Shown: positions 25,701 to 38,060 of the stretch, one piece after another
How the letters are laid out: each line of letters begins with the position of its first letter
How positions within the stretch are numbered: position 1 is the stretch's first letter
Source of the DNA: Mobula hypostoma
Lineage: Eukaryota
Assembly: GCF_963921235.1 (NCBI RefSeq)
Contig: NC_086126.1
Location: 18,104,001-18,168,000 of the forward strand
Direction of reading: 5' to 3'
Length of the DNA stretch: 64,000 nt
Position numbers and translations under genes: made by a program
Notes under the pieces: model-generated
Seen by the model: the letters and a program-made list of their open reading frames with translations, nothing else
Database searches by the model: none
What the model was told of the DNA's origin: nothing

Positions 25701-26641
25701 CAACTTTTTTTCTTGAGGAGCTGAGTGATAGAATAGCTTGGAAACAACTCAGAGTCATGTGACAAGTTAAGTTGACTTGATTCCATGAGGTTTGCAGTCA
25801 CTACTTTTGAGTAAAGTTGAAATGTATACATCTCTTTGGTCAACGCACCCTATGCCCTGAGAAATCATCTTTTTTGTCTTGAAGAGCTGAGTGATAGAAT
25901 ATGGATCAAACAACTCAGAGTCATGTGGGAAGTTAAGCTGAGTTGTTACCATGAGGTTTGCAGTCAGTAGTGTTGAGTACAATTGAAATATACACTTCTC
26001 TGAATGTGAAAGCACACTATGCACTGAGAAAGCAACTTCTTTTTCTTGAGGAGCTGAGTGATAGAATAGCTCTGAAACAACACAGAGTCATGTGGCAAGT
26101 TAAATTGAGTTGATTCCATGAGGTTTGCAGTCAGTACTTTTGAGTAAAGTTCAAATGTATACATGTCTTTGCTCAAAGCACTCTATGCCCTGAGAAATCA
26201 TCTTTTTTATCTTGAAGAGCTGAGTGACATAATATGGATCAAACAACTCAGTGTCATGTGGGAAGTTAAGATAAGATGTTTCCATTAGATTTGCAGTCAG
26301 TACTTTTGAATAAGTTTGAAATGTATACACCTCTTATGTCAAAGCACCCTATTCACAGAGATATCATTTTTTTTATCTTGAAGAGCTGAGTGATAGAATA
26401 GGGATCAAACAACTCATAGTCATCTGGGAAGTTAAGTTGAGAAGTTTCCATGAGGTTTGCGTCAGTACTTCTGAGTATAATTCAAATGTATACATCTCCT
26501 TCGTCAAAGCACCCTATTCACAGTGAAAGCAACTTTTTTTATCTTAAAGAGCTGAGTGATAGAATTGAGATCAAACAACTCAGAGACATGTGGGAAGTTA
26601 AGTTAAGATGTTTCCATGAGGTTTGCACTCAGTACTTTTTT
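22716..26641. repeat. Satellite DNA array, ~166-bp monomer, ~23.5 copies
   Basis: GAGCTGAGTGA anchor (occasionally variant) recurs 24 times from 22740 to 26549 at 159-169 bp spacing, mostly 166. Confidence 0.98.
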
Positions 26642-29600
26642 GGGCTCCTCATCTAGGAAAAGATGTGGTGGCATTGGAGAGGGTTCAGAGGAGGTTCATA
26701 AGGATGATTCCAGGATTGAGAGTGTTATCCTATGAGGAATGTTTGATAGCTCTGGGACCATACTCGCTGGAATTTGGAAGGATGAGGCAAGATCTCATTG
26801 AAACCTTTCAAATGTTGAATGGACTAGACAGAGTAGATGTGGAAAAGATGTTTCCCATTTCCCATGGTGAGGGAGTCTAAGACAAGTGGGCACAGCCTCA
26901 GGGTAGAGGGGCAGAGATGCAGAGAAATTTCTTTAGCCAGAGTGTGGTGAATTTGTGGAATTTATGACCAGAGGTAGCTGTGGGGGCCAGGTCGTTGGGT
27001 GTATTTAAGGCAGAGCTTGATAGTTTCTTGATTGGATGGGGCATCAAAGGCTTCGGGGAAAAGGCTGAGGAGTGAGGCTGAGGAGGAGAAAGAAGGGTCA
27101 GCCATGATTGAATGGTGGGGCAGACTCGATGGGCCAAATGGCCTAATTCTGCTGCTATGTCTTATGGTCTTACTCAGTTAATCCAACAACCACAACATAA
27201 TCAATGAAACACCGCACCCAACACAGTAACCAAATAACCAATGTGTAAACGACAATAGCGTGTGCAAATACAAGAGAGAAAATAATAATAATCATAAAGA
27301 AATAAGAAATAAATAGAGAACATAAGATGCAGAAGTCGTGAAAATGAGGCGATAGATTGTGGGAAACAGTTTAGTGATGACTTCAGTGAAGTTAAATGGA
27401 GTTATCTCCACTGGTTCTGGTTTAAGGTGACACTGGTGAATCTCTATTTCTCGTGAATGAATAGCCTGTAACTTCCCTTTGGACTTGGAGGCAATTTGAT
27501 GTGGCAGAACAGAGGTGAGGCAGCGGACCCGTCACTGAGAGTGAGGAAGACACGAAGTTCAGTTGATTTAAACGCCGGGACCAAATGGAAAAGTCAGGTA
27601 CAGGCCAAATGGAGGCAGCGGGGACCAGGCCCCAGATCGTATCGAAGCAACTGAACCCAGTGTTTGGATGATGATTTAGGTGCCAGGCCAGATTGAAATG
27701 GTCAGTGTGTTGGGCTCGAGGCCAGGGACCAGCCGGTTCAGCTCGCTGCTCCATTCTGTGCTGAACTAAGCATCTGTGGACGGACTCTCTGAGGATTTCA
27801 GTTCAAAATGATACAGTATTTGCTTGTGTTTATTGTTTGCATGATTTATTTTCCTTTCTGCACATTGGGTGTTTGACAGACTTCTTGCTTTATTAGTGGG
27901 TTCTTTTGGCTTTCTTTGTTTTATGGCAGCTTGTTTGGAACGAACCTCAAGTTTGTAGAATATAAACTTATTTTGATAATAAATGTACTTTGAACTTTGG
28001 TTGAAAAACCTGATGGTTGAGGGATTAAAAAAAAGTCAAGAATTCAACAAAACTCAAAACTAATGCTCTTTTAATTACCGGCCAGGATGGAGAAGAAAAA
28101 TATTCTTCCCCTTTTTAAGAACTGCAATAGGGAGAAGACAGGAAACTATACCCTGGTGACTCTTACATTAGTGGATATTTTTGGAAATGATTTTTAACGA
28201 TAGGATCAACTTGCATCTGAGAAAGCATAAACACATATATATCAGTTTCTGTACTATTTTTACTATTTAATAAATGTATAAATTATTTACTGTGATTTAT
28301 TCATTCATAGAAAACAGAGAAATCTACAGCACATTTCAGGCCTTTCAGTCCACAATGTTGTGCCGATCATGTTACCTACTCCAGAAACTGCCTGGAAATT
28401 GCCTCGTGCATAACCCTCTATTTTTCTAAGCTCCATGTACCAACCTAAGAGTCTCTTAAAATACACTATTTTATCCGCTTTCACCACCATCGCCAGCAGT
28501 GCATTCCACGCACCCACCACTCTGTGTGAAAAACTTCCCACTAACAACCGCTCAGTACCTATTTCCAGGCACCTTAAAACTATGCCCCCTCATGTTAGCC
28601 ATTTTAGCCCAGGGAAAGGACCTCTGACTATCCACAGGATCAAAGACCCTCATCATCTTGTACACCTCTATCAGGCCACTTCTCATCCTCCATCGCTCCA
28701 AGGAGAAAAAGCCAAGTTCACTCAACCTATTCTCATAAGGCAACATCCTTGTAAATCTCCTCTGCACTCCTCTTCACATCCTTCCTGTAGTGAGGTGACC
28801 AGAACTGAACACAGAACTCCAAGTGGGGTCTGACCAAGGGCTTTACCCCACAGCTCTTGAACACAATCCCACAATCTCCTGTCACACTCACCTCAATAAT
28901 CAGTAAATGCTTTGAGAGGTTGCTCAAGAACTACATCTGCAGTGTGCTGACACCCACATGGGTCCCCCAATTTGCCTACTGACACAACCAATCAACAGCT
29001 GATGTAATAGTCACAGCTCTGCACATCGTCCTTGGAGAAGAGGGATGCTCATGTCAGAATGCTGTTCTTGGGCTAGGGTTGAGCATTCAACACCATAATT
29101 CCCTGCAGCCTCCACAAGAAGCGTAGAGACCTCAGCCTTCATCCTGCCTTCTGTAGCTGGATCCTGGACTTCCTGTCAGATTGCTGGCAGGTAGTAAGGG
29201 TGGGCTCCCTCACCGCTGTCCCTCTGACCCACAACACAGGTGCCCCTCAGGGCTGTGTACTGAGCTCCCTTCTTTACTCTCTATATTCCCATGACTGTGT
29301 CGCCACCCACAGCTCCAATCTGTTAATTACATTTGCTGACAACACTGCACTGATTGGCCTAATTTCAAATAATTATGAGGCAACCTACAGAGAAGAAGTT
29401 ATCACCCTGACACAGCGGTGTCAAGAAAACAACCTCTCCGACAATATTGCAAAAACAAAGCAGCTGGTTGTGAACTACAGGATGCATGGAGACAGGCTAA
29501 CCCCAATTGACATCAATGGATCAGGGGTTGAGAGGGTGAACAGCTTTAAGTTCCTCAGCATAAACATCACCGAGGACCTCACGTAGTCTGTGCATACCGG

Positions 29601-30074
29601 CTGTGTGGTGGAAAAGGCACAATCTTTCACCTCAGACAGTTGAAGAAATTTGGTGTAGACGCCAAATCGTAAGAACTTTCTACAGGGAGACTATTGAGAA
29701 CATCCTGACTGGCTTTTAAAAACTAAAGGGAATAGTTTTAAGATAACAGTGAGAAGGGGATCTGAAGTGTAAATATTTCACACAGAGAATAACTGGTATC
29801 CCAAATGAGCTGCCAGAGGTGTGGGGGGCAGAAACCCATAAAGTCTCCGTTCGTGAAAACTTCCCCGGAAACTCTCGTTCACTGTGTACATCCTGCCCTG
29901 GTTTAACCTCCCAAGATAGAGTCACTGGTTTATACAGAAATGAAACAGTCCCTTCGGTACAACTCATCCACGCCGACCAAGTTGTCGACCTGAACTCGGC
30001 CCATCTGCCTGCATTAGGCCCGTATCCCTTTCAACCTTTCCTATCTATGTGACTGTGCAAATATGTTTTAAATA

Positions 30075-30330
30075 TTGTACAAAAGGCAGAGAGCCGGTGC
30101 AGTGAGGCGCTGACAGACACTCACTGTTCCGCGGGCAGGAAGAGGAGAGGTGGATCCCATAGTGGAGCCAAAACCCCAACAAGTAGAGACCGACTCCCCT
30201 TCTCTGCAGAGCCGTGCCGTCCATCTCGGATTTACCGCCCCGCCCCGGACCGGGCCGTTTCCCAGGAAACGATGTCGGCGAAGGAGGGCCCTCTGTGACG
30301 TCAGCGCGCCAACCGCGACCCCACCCCCAC
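30075..30330 (-). promoter_or_regulatory. Duplicated, damaged copy of the 14115-14400 CpG promoter/exon
   Basis: CRE 30296-30303 and TTCCCAGGAA kept; splice-donor exon side altered; ~125 bp including the E-box deleted. Confidence 0.4.
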
Positions 30331-31569
30331 GGAAATTGAGTGTGTTATAGACAGTAATATTCATATTTTAATTTGACTCTTGTATTGTATTTTGTATATT
30401 TTTGTATGGATAATCTTTTGTAATTTTGTGGAAAACACGTTGTAACTGGATCACTGAACACTCCGTGAAAAAAGAGCGTCATGGAAAAATACTGTCAAAG
30501 TCAAAAGTTAAACCCAAGGCAAGTTGTTATTATAGTACTTATATGTCATCATATAGTTCAAAGTACAATTTATTCTGACAGTACATACGTGAAACCATAT
30601 ACTGTACAACCTACCTGGAAGGAGGTACAGAGGAGATGTCAGGGGTAAGTTTTTTACGCAGAGAGTGGTGAGTGCATGGAATGGGCCGCCGGCGGCCGTG
30701 GTGGAGGCGGAAACGACAGGGTCTTTTAAGAGACTCCTGGATATAAACATGGAGCTTAGAAAAATAGAGGACTATCGGTAAACCAAGGTAATTCTAAGGT
30801 AAGGACATGTTCGGCACAACTTTGTGGGCCGAAGGGCCGGCATTGTGCTGTAGGTTTTCTATGTTTCTGTTATGTTTCTGCAACCCTGAGAGTCTTTTTC
30901 TGTGGGCATTCTTAACAAAATCTACAGAACAGTACCTGCGAATTGTAAATATGAGGAAAGATAAACTGTAAGCAAACTGTGTAAATGAAGAAAGATAAAT
31001 TGCAATAAATAACGAGTATGAAATAACAATATAACAGAGCTCTTAAATAAGTGTTGCTATCCCCTTTTGTTCAAGACACTGATGGCTGAGGGGTAGTAAC
31101 TGTTCTTGAACCAGGTGGTGCGAGTCCGGAGGTACCTGTACCTTCTACCTGATGGCAGCAGTGAGAAAAGAGCATTGCCTGGGTGGTGAGGATCTTTGAC
31201 GACGGACACTGCTTTCCTACGGCAATGATTCATGTAGATGTGCTCAGTGGTTGTGAGTGTTTTACCTGTGATATACCGAGCTGAATCCACTACCCTTTGT
31301 AGGTTTTGCCACCTCCGGGATGGAATCCCATTGGTCATGATGCATATGCCTTGGGGTGGATTTGATCCCATGATGCAGGAAATAAAGGGAATTCTGAAGT
31401 ATGAGTGAGTGCCCTGATTATGTGTCTGAATGGTCACGTGAGAGTCACTGTCCTGGACATCTAAGAGAACTCCGGTGGCGTGTGTGTTCACACATTATGG
31501 AGCAGAAAGAATGAAGTGTGTTGAGAAGTGGGTGGAGTGGAAGAAGGGAATGCTTGCAGAAGTACAGAT

Positions 31570-31885
31570 GTTGTTCGTTCATCATTGACGTCGATGAGGA
31601 CCTCAACACCATTATGATGGTGTCGAGACTAGCGTGTGATTTGGATTTGTGAGGCAGAGCTGCGCAGCATCAGCCTCTCTCTCTTCCCAATTCCCATCTG
31701 GATCCAGTGGCAGAGTCTAGACAGCTGGAGATGGGACTAGGCGCAGTGGATGACCAGGACGTCTTCTGTGTCTTGTCCTGCTCTACACGTTCCACGACGC
31801 TTGCAGAGACCACCTTCTTGACCGTTGGACCTTCCATTGGTCTCGTCCGCTCAATCCGCCGGAGTCTGTCTTCACATGCTGGGAT
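31570..31885 (-). mobile_element. SINE-like (probably RTE-related) insertion with 8-bp TSD
   Basis: Absent from paralog at ~17683-17690; flanked by GTACAGAT (31562-31569) and GTATAGAT (31886-31893); minus-strand end ...GAACGAACAAC. Confidence 0.7.
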
Positions 31886-32545
31886 GTATAGATATAAGGA
31901 GAAAAATGTGAGGAAACTTTCAGCTGCCCTGTGGTGTTCACCTGGAGTGCAATGCAAAAATAATTGGTTGCTTCTCACAGTAAGAGCAGAGAAGATGAAA
32001 TAAAGTTAGAGAAAAAAGACTTAGAAAGAACAGGAAAATGTAATCGACTCTACCTCAGTGTGTAACAAGACACAACTGGTACCAATGTCTGAGTAGGAAG
32101 TAGTAGGAACCTGCTGTACCCCTGCCTCCCACAGGTACGGTTACAACAAAGCCCACCCCAGTCGTGTCTCCTGAGTACTCAACGAGGCAGGTGTAAACCT
32201 CTCACTAGCACGATGGGAGAATGAGCAATATGGAGACTTTTATGCACTTTGAACTAAAATGGTGTGTTATATTGAAGTGTTTCCTTCACACTCCATAGTG
32301 ACATATGATACACAGTATTGCACAAATAGCAGATGAGCACGTTAATGAATTTATAAAGTAGACAAGCAAGATATTTCAGAAGTTCACGGATTTACTCGAT
32401 CGTAATGAATGTTATTGTAAATGATGAGTAAATTAGCCCAGGTTAAATAAAATGCAGACTGTTACTTGTTTCAGATGGAAAGAGGTAAGTAAAATTCTGA
32501 GTGGATTACAATAAATCCAGATGAAATCAAGTGATTCAAACTGTT

Positions 32546-33176
32546 TCTTTCTTTCTTTTTAAATTTTTTTTATTGAATTAGTACACAAATTAGGTAAAAC
32601 ATATATAAACTAATACCCTGTTGCGATATAAATTTACAAGAGATATTAATACATAAAAAACAATACAAACAGTGCAGTTTAGTTATAAAATAATGAGGTA
32701 ATATAGTAGTATACTAATTTTCCATATATATCAATAAGGAGAAGAAAAAACCCAAAAAAAAGACCCCCTTCCCCAAAAAAATTACCGTGCAACTAACCTA
32801 AAAAGCAAAGCAAAGCAATGGGCTAACTAGATATCAAGTAGACTTAAACAAACTTAAACAATCACGTCCTCAAACCCGACCTCCATTAATAACCGTTAAA
32901 AACCAAGAAGGGAATGTAAATATGATCAAAGAGAAAAAAAAAGTTACATTAAATGAAAATGTTGAATAAAAGATCACCAGGTCTGTTCAAATTCAACTGA
33001 AGTATCATAAAGATTACTTCTGACTTTTTCCCAATTTAAACATAGTATCGTTTGAGAAAACAAAAAAAAACGTAGTTGGGACATTAATCTCCTTCCAATG
33101 TTGTAAAATACATCTTTTCGCCATTAAAGTAAGAAATACATTCATTCTACGGGCTGAAGGGGAAAGATTACTGGAA
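32546..33176 (-). mobile_element. 5'-truncated L1-clade LINE with perfect 13-bp TSD
   Basis: TSD GATTCAAACTGTT at 32533-32545 and 33177-33189; A-rich/(GAAA)n tail; minus-strand FLTLMAKRCILQHWKEINVPT...FEQTW*SFIQHF (L1 ORF2 C-terminus); empty sites in copies A and C. Confidence 0.9.
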
Positions 33177-35330
33177 GATTCAAACTGTTAAGGGAATGGA
33201 TAATATTTGTGTGAGGACTGGAGACTCCCTGGACTGTTCTACCACTGTCTCATTAATATTGACCATTGTATAAAAATATTGTGACAGTTGCCAGTTATTT
33301 TATTAATTAATTTGATTAATTATTTATTAATTTAAACGTTATTTTAACTTGTATTCTGTTTTATATTTAATAAAGTGACAGTAACCACATTGTTTTTGAT
33401 CATTGCGAGATTAACTTCTGTTTACAATTTCACTCTAACTTTCAATATTACCTGCTTTACATGCTTTTGACTTGTCACCCACTTGTGACTGTTATTATTT
33501 TTGTTTTGAAAAGCGTATAGCATTGTTTAGAAAAAGCTATTCTAACTGTATGGGTTTTGCTTTTCTTTGATTCACTTTAACAAACATGGGGATGTTGGCG
33601 GTGGACACAGTAGGGGTAAAAGATGGAGACAGCCTGGCCACCGAACTCAAAGATACCCTCAGTGCTAAGGCAACTTTGATAACAGTCAGTTTCAGCCTCT
33701 ATTGCCATCACCACCACAGACTATGAAGCTTACTTTAAATTATCCTTTCCCAAACTGTACTGTAGAATCTGTACAATTGTAATTCTGCCCATTGTAAAAT
33801 AGCACCTGATGTAAGCCCGCATGTCAGGGTTTGGCATTGACAGCTTCTTCTCCTGATCCGATACTGGGAGAAATGTTAGTGGGTATGTGCTTTGTGCGCT
33901 TCATGTCACAGATGAGGTAGCACAGCTCCTGTTCCATTCAAACAACATGACCCTTAGTTATGAATGCGTGTTGGGACTAAACGGTTGAGTTGTTGAGTGT
34001 GCTGTAAGGGGGCCCGGACATTCGGAAAGTGGGTTAACAGTGCAATCTCTACCCCTCAATTGTACTGAGTTTGAATCTGTTTACCACTTTGATAAGAAGA
34101 TTAGAGCTGTGAAGGGAGCACTGGACCGCACTGCCCAGTGAAATCACACTTGCCAATGGAACTGCTTTGAACAATGGCAATAAACTTCTCATCATGGACT
34201 GCATGAATCCTCAGCTCTGAAGCTGCTTCATGAGGATAAGGGTGAAGTCTGTTACTGCAACTACAGGGTGATGGGATCAGATTTAGGTAACACTATGTGC
34301 AATGTCCATGTCACCAGTGATGCTATAATTTATGTTAATGGCACTTACAGTATTGGATGGCAGGCCTACTGCTGTTTGCCAGGAGTATCCTCTTTGCCTT
34401 TAAATTGAGCCTTTGGCCTGAAGAAAAGCTGTCAAATATTTATTGATATTTGGAGTCTGTAGCAGAAAATCTAACACCTGCCAGCATTGAAGCACGAAGG
34501 AGACTGATGAGTGTAACTGGATTGTAGTGTTCCTGTTCTGGGGACCTACCAGATGGGATCGTGAAAACATCAGTATGACCCCAGTGTTGCAGTGATTGGC
34601 TAACAACACTGCTATAGTGCTACATGATACAAGTCTGGTCATCAAAGACATTTCTAACAAAGTGGCAGCAAGCTGTATCATGGACTTTCAAAACTGAACA
34701 ACATTAAGCTTTCTGTTGGCCGAGAAAGGAGTCACTTGTGTCATTATTGAACTGAAATAATTGAAAACATCGTCGATTTTACCCGTACAGATCCCGTTAG
34801 AAGCTGTTAAAGTGAAGAATTTTAGGCAGGAGTTACATACGACTCTATCGTCACCTTTGGAACCCTTCTGATTAGCCTCATTCTCTGCCAGGAAGTTTGT
34901 GTAACTCCAGTGTATAGTGGGCAAGGGGGTTTATATTCTTGCAGGTGTTGAAACTTGTTTAGATATCTTACTGAGAGCACTCTGTGGAGAGAGGACCCGA
35001 AGGACAGCTGCCTCCTATCGTTCAGAAATCCTACTGTGCAGACAGACGATGACAGGATCACTGGGGAGACTCGAATTTTCTGTGCAATTCAGCTGCATCA
35101 ACAATTCATGTGGTCCTTTACAGGACGCAAAGGGAAGTGGGGAGTGTGGATGTTACAGCAAGTCAAGTTAATGCAGCGTCTCGGCAAGGATAGTGTGTAG
35201 TCAACCCAGGGAAGAAAGGTCTTTGAAGAGCAGAGTTTCCCTTTGCACAGCAGGGGACTGGAGCCATTTTGCACACCGAAACAAGATGAGGATGCAAACG
35301 AAATGTTCCAGGGTGACACTTAATATTGGT

Positions 35331-35466
35331 CACACACAAGAGAAATCTGCAGATGCTGAAATCCAAGCAACGCACACAAAATGCTGAAGGAACTCAGCAG
35401 ACCAAGCAAATCGATGGAAAAGAGTAAACAGTCGACGTTTCCGACCGGCACCCTTCGTCTGGACTG
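35331..35466 (-). mobile_element. Penelope-derived terminal fragment with degenerate hammerhead motif
   Basis: AAAATGCTGAAGGAACTCAGCAG...AGTCGACGTTTCCGACCGGCACCCTTCGTCTGGACT; paralog 39843-39978. Confidence 0.75.
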
Positions 35467-35796
35467 ATGTTGGTTAGTTACCTTACTACTGTGGTGGGAA
35501 CATGCGGGAATTCATAGTTGACAACAAAAACCCCGGATTAATATGCTCGGAATGATGGACTGTGTAACAACGAACAAGTAACAAAGAACGGTGCTGAGAT
35601 ATAGATTCTCAGGGGATACTTGAGGAAAGAGGCTGACAGTAACACCACTTTCTTCTCGGAAGGATCACAGCAGCCCGAGCAATTCCATCCTTCCCAATGC
35701 CCAATGAACTGATTAGCGAAAACACAAATTCTTCGTCCGCTCTTATTTGTCTTTTGAATTTAATATTCCCGTTGAATAATGTAGTAAAATTCTTAC

Positions 35797-35868
35797 CTCC
35801 CTGTCGGGGAACTGAACCCCCGTCTCCCGCGTGGCAGGCCGGGATACTAACTACTATACTAACGAGGA
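35797..35868 (-). pseudogene. tRNA-Asp-derived pseudogene with GCC anticodon
   Basis: Reverse complement TCCTCGTTAGTATAGTAGTTAGTATCCCGGCCTGCCACGCGGGAGACGGGGGTTCAGTTCCCCGACAGGGAG; Asp body with D-loop, anticodon-stem and T-arm lesions. Confidence 0.85.
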
Positions 35869-38060
35869 ATGGCTATTGGTAGCCCATGTCATGCACATTT
35901 AAGAGGACAAGAGGGTGAACAGAATTATCTTGATGTTTCTCAGCTGTAATACTGGAGCCTTTCACTCGTGTCCATCCCACCACAGTGTCTCAGTTCGCTC
36001 CAGCGATTCAGTCACCTGTTGTGTTCAAGGATTAGCGAAAGGAAGTGCTCTCATTCGAGCCCAAATCCGTGTTGTTGGAATGAACATTTTTAATCACAGT
36101 TATATATTTATATTTCTGTTTTGGCAACGATATGTAGCTAATCGAATTCTGAAGCGTTCACTCCCACTTCATTGAAACACTGGGTGTTGTGTATCTCCGG
36201 TCTGTCGGAGGATGGCGACCTCAACCGGACATAACAGGAACTGCACCAGAGTGAGGAATCACAGTGACCACATTCAGAAAACAGCTTGAACCACAGTCAT
36301 ACACTTCCAGCGTCCGAGTGGTCCAACCCTGACAACTCGCGTACGAATTCCCGAAGTTATTTAAATCGACTAGTGAATGTAAAATTATTATTCACCCTGG
36401 GCTGGCCAATGGATCAAGGATTGAAGTGCTTTCCCTCGCATTTTCCCCGGTGAACCGATCAGTGCATCTTCCTGCTCTCACTCTCACCCAGATTCCCACA
36501 GCCAATTTACTGGGACACATCAAAACATGTAGATGATGTGTTCACACTGAGTGCCGTCAGTCTACTCACCATCCACTCTATTTATACACAGTGGGATCTC
36601 TCTCAGCCCCTTCCCCCATTACTAGAGTAAATAAAAGCCTTTATTGTGATTCAAAATGTAATATAGATTCACAGAATCATGCGGCCCTAAAACAGGCCTT
36701 TCGGCTCACAATGTCACGCTGACAATCAACTACCGATCGCACCAGAAAAGGGCTCGTTTACTAGCTGTTGCCTTCAGTGTCTTGATGATTCAGGTGGTCG
36801 CCCAGACAATTCTCTAATGTTGTGAGTATACCTGCCTCGCCAGTCAACTCAGGCATGGGTTCCAGTTTCCAAAAACATCCGCATGAAGTTCTCCATGTGA
36901 TGCTCTCTAAGTTTACACACGTCAGAACAGTTTCCTACTATGCTGATAAACCCGGGTTAATTTGATATGACCTCCGACACCTCCAGAGTTCTCCATGGAA
37001 ACAATCGTCAATCCATCGGCCGAATGGACGCCCATGGGCCCAGCACGCTGCCGCTGCGCCTCTCTGCTGTTGTCTGTACGTGGTGACGCGCTGCTCCGAT
37101 GTGGACGTTGCTCATTCTTCTCTTCATTTTCATTTGTCGATTCTTTGCTGACGTCACATCGTGTCATAGAAACACAGAAAACCTACAGCACAGTACAGGC
37201 CCTTCGGCCCACAACGCTGTGCTGAACATGTCCTTGCCTTAGAAATTACCTGGGGTTACCCATTGCCCTCTAGTTTTCTAAGCTCCAATGGAGGGCTTCC
37301 TTTATAAATGTTTCCTTTATTAACCGTTCTTTGTTGATTTATTTCGCACCTTTCTCTCTGCTTTTCTTCTCGTATTTGCTATCTCCTGCCCCATCCTGAT
37401 ATTATCTCTGTGCTGTCTGTGCTCCGACACATTCGGAGACCTCGTTCCCGACATGTCAGCAATGAATGTGTTGCACATTATTTTCTGAACCCATTTTTAG
37501 TGGCCCTGCTGTCACACATTCTGTTCATCTTCCACCGTATCTCTTCCGCGTTCTCTTTCTTTGTCTCCGGGCTGTCCTTCGGCATAAATTAGCCCAGGTT
37601 AAATAAAATGCAGACTGTTACTTGTTTGAGATGAAAAGACGTAAGTAAAATTCTGAGTGGTTTACAATAATTCCAGATGGAATCAAGTGATTCAAACTGT
37701 TAACGGAATGGATAATATTTGTGTGAGGACTGGAGACTCGCTGGAATGCTCTACCACTGTCTCATTAATATTCACCGTTGTATAAAAATATTGTGACAGT
37801 TGCCTGTTATTTTATTAATTTGATTAATTATTTATTAATTTGAACGTTATTTTAACTTGTATTCTGTTTTATATTTAATAAAAATGACAGTAACCCCATT
37901 GTTTTTGATCATTGCGAGATTAACTTCTGTTTACAGTTTCATTCTTACTTTCAACATTACCTGCTTTACATGCTTTTGACTTGTCACCCACTTGTGACTG
38001 TTATTATTTTTTTGTTTTGAAAAGCGTATAGCATTGTTTAGAAAAAGCTATTCTAAATGT

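Larger units (their letters stand above)
26637..34802 (+). repeat. Direct segmental duplication (copy B) of ~8180-19983
   Basis: Same order of TE fragments with shared junctions; lacks ~9797-12280 and the 15450-16958 CR1; has its own insertions at 31570 and 32546. Confidence 0.95.
31310..35330 (+). mobile_element. Degenerate endogenous retrovirus, copy B (gag remnant from 31430, env ~33550-34920, PPT 35129-35144, start of 3' LTR)
   Basis: MVT*ESLSWTSKRTPVACVFTHYGAERMKCVEKWVEW; MDFQN*TTLSFLLAEKGVTCVII; TM anchor IVTFGTLLISLILC ~34847-34888; AAAGGGAAGTGGGGAG then TG. Confidence 0.8.

Noticed and set aside
22638-26656. Repetitive protein ORFs or a CRISPR array in the tandem region
   Set aside because: The 166-bp period is not a multiple of 3 so frames break; whole monomers repeat with no unique spacers; eukaryotic context with no cas genes
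31310-31380. Primer-binding site and 5' LTR for the ERV
   Set aside because: No 18-nt match to a tRNA 3' end that I can recognise and no second LTR copy; the 5' end appears lost
35797-35868. Functional tRNA-Gly(GCC)
   Set aside because: Body is Asp-type with lesions in the D-loop, anticodon stem and T-arm/B-box
36205-36256. Start exon ATGGCGACC...AGA|GTGAGG (also ~40706)
   Set aside because: Only 13 codons, no downstream exon identifiable; could be chance
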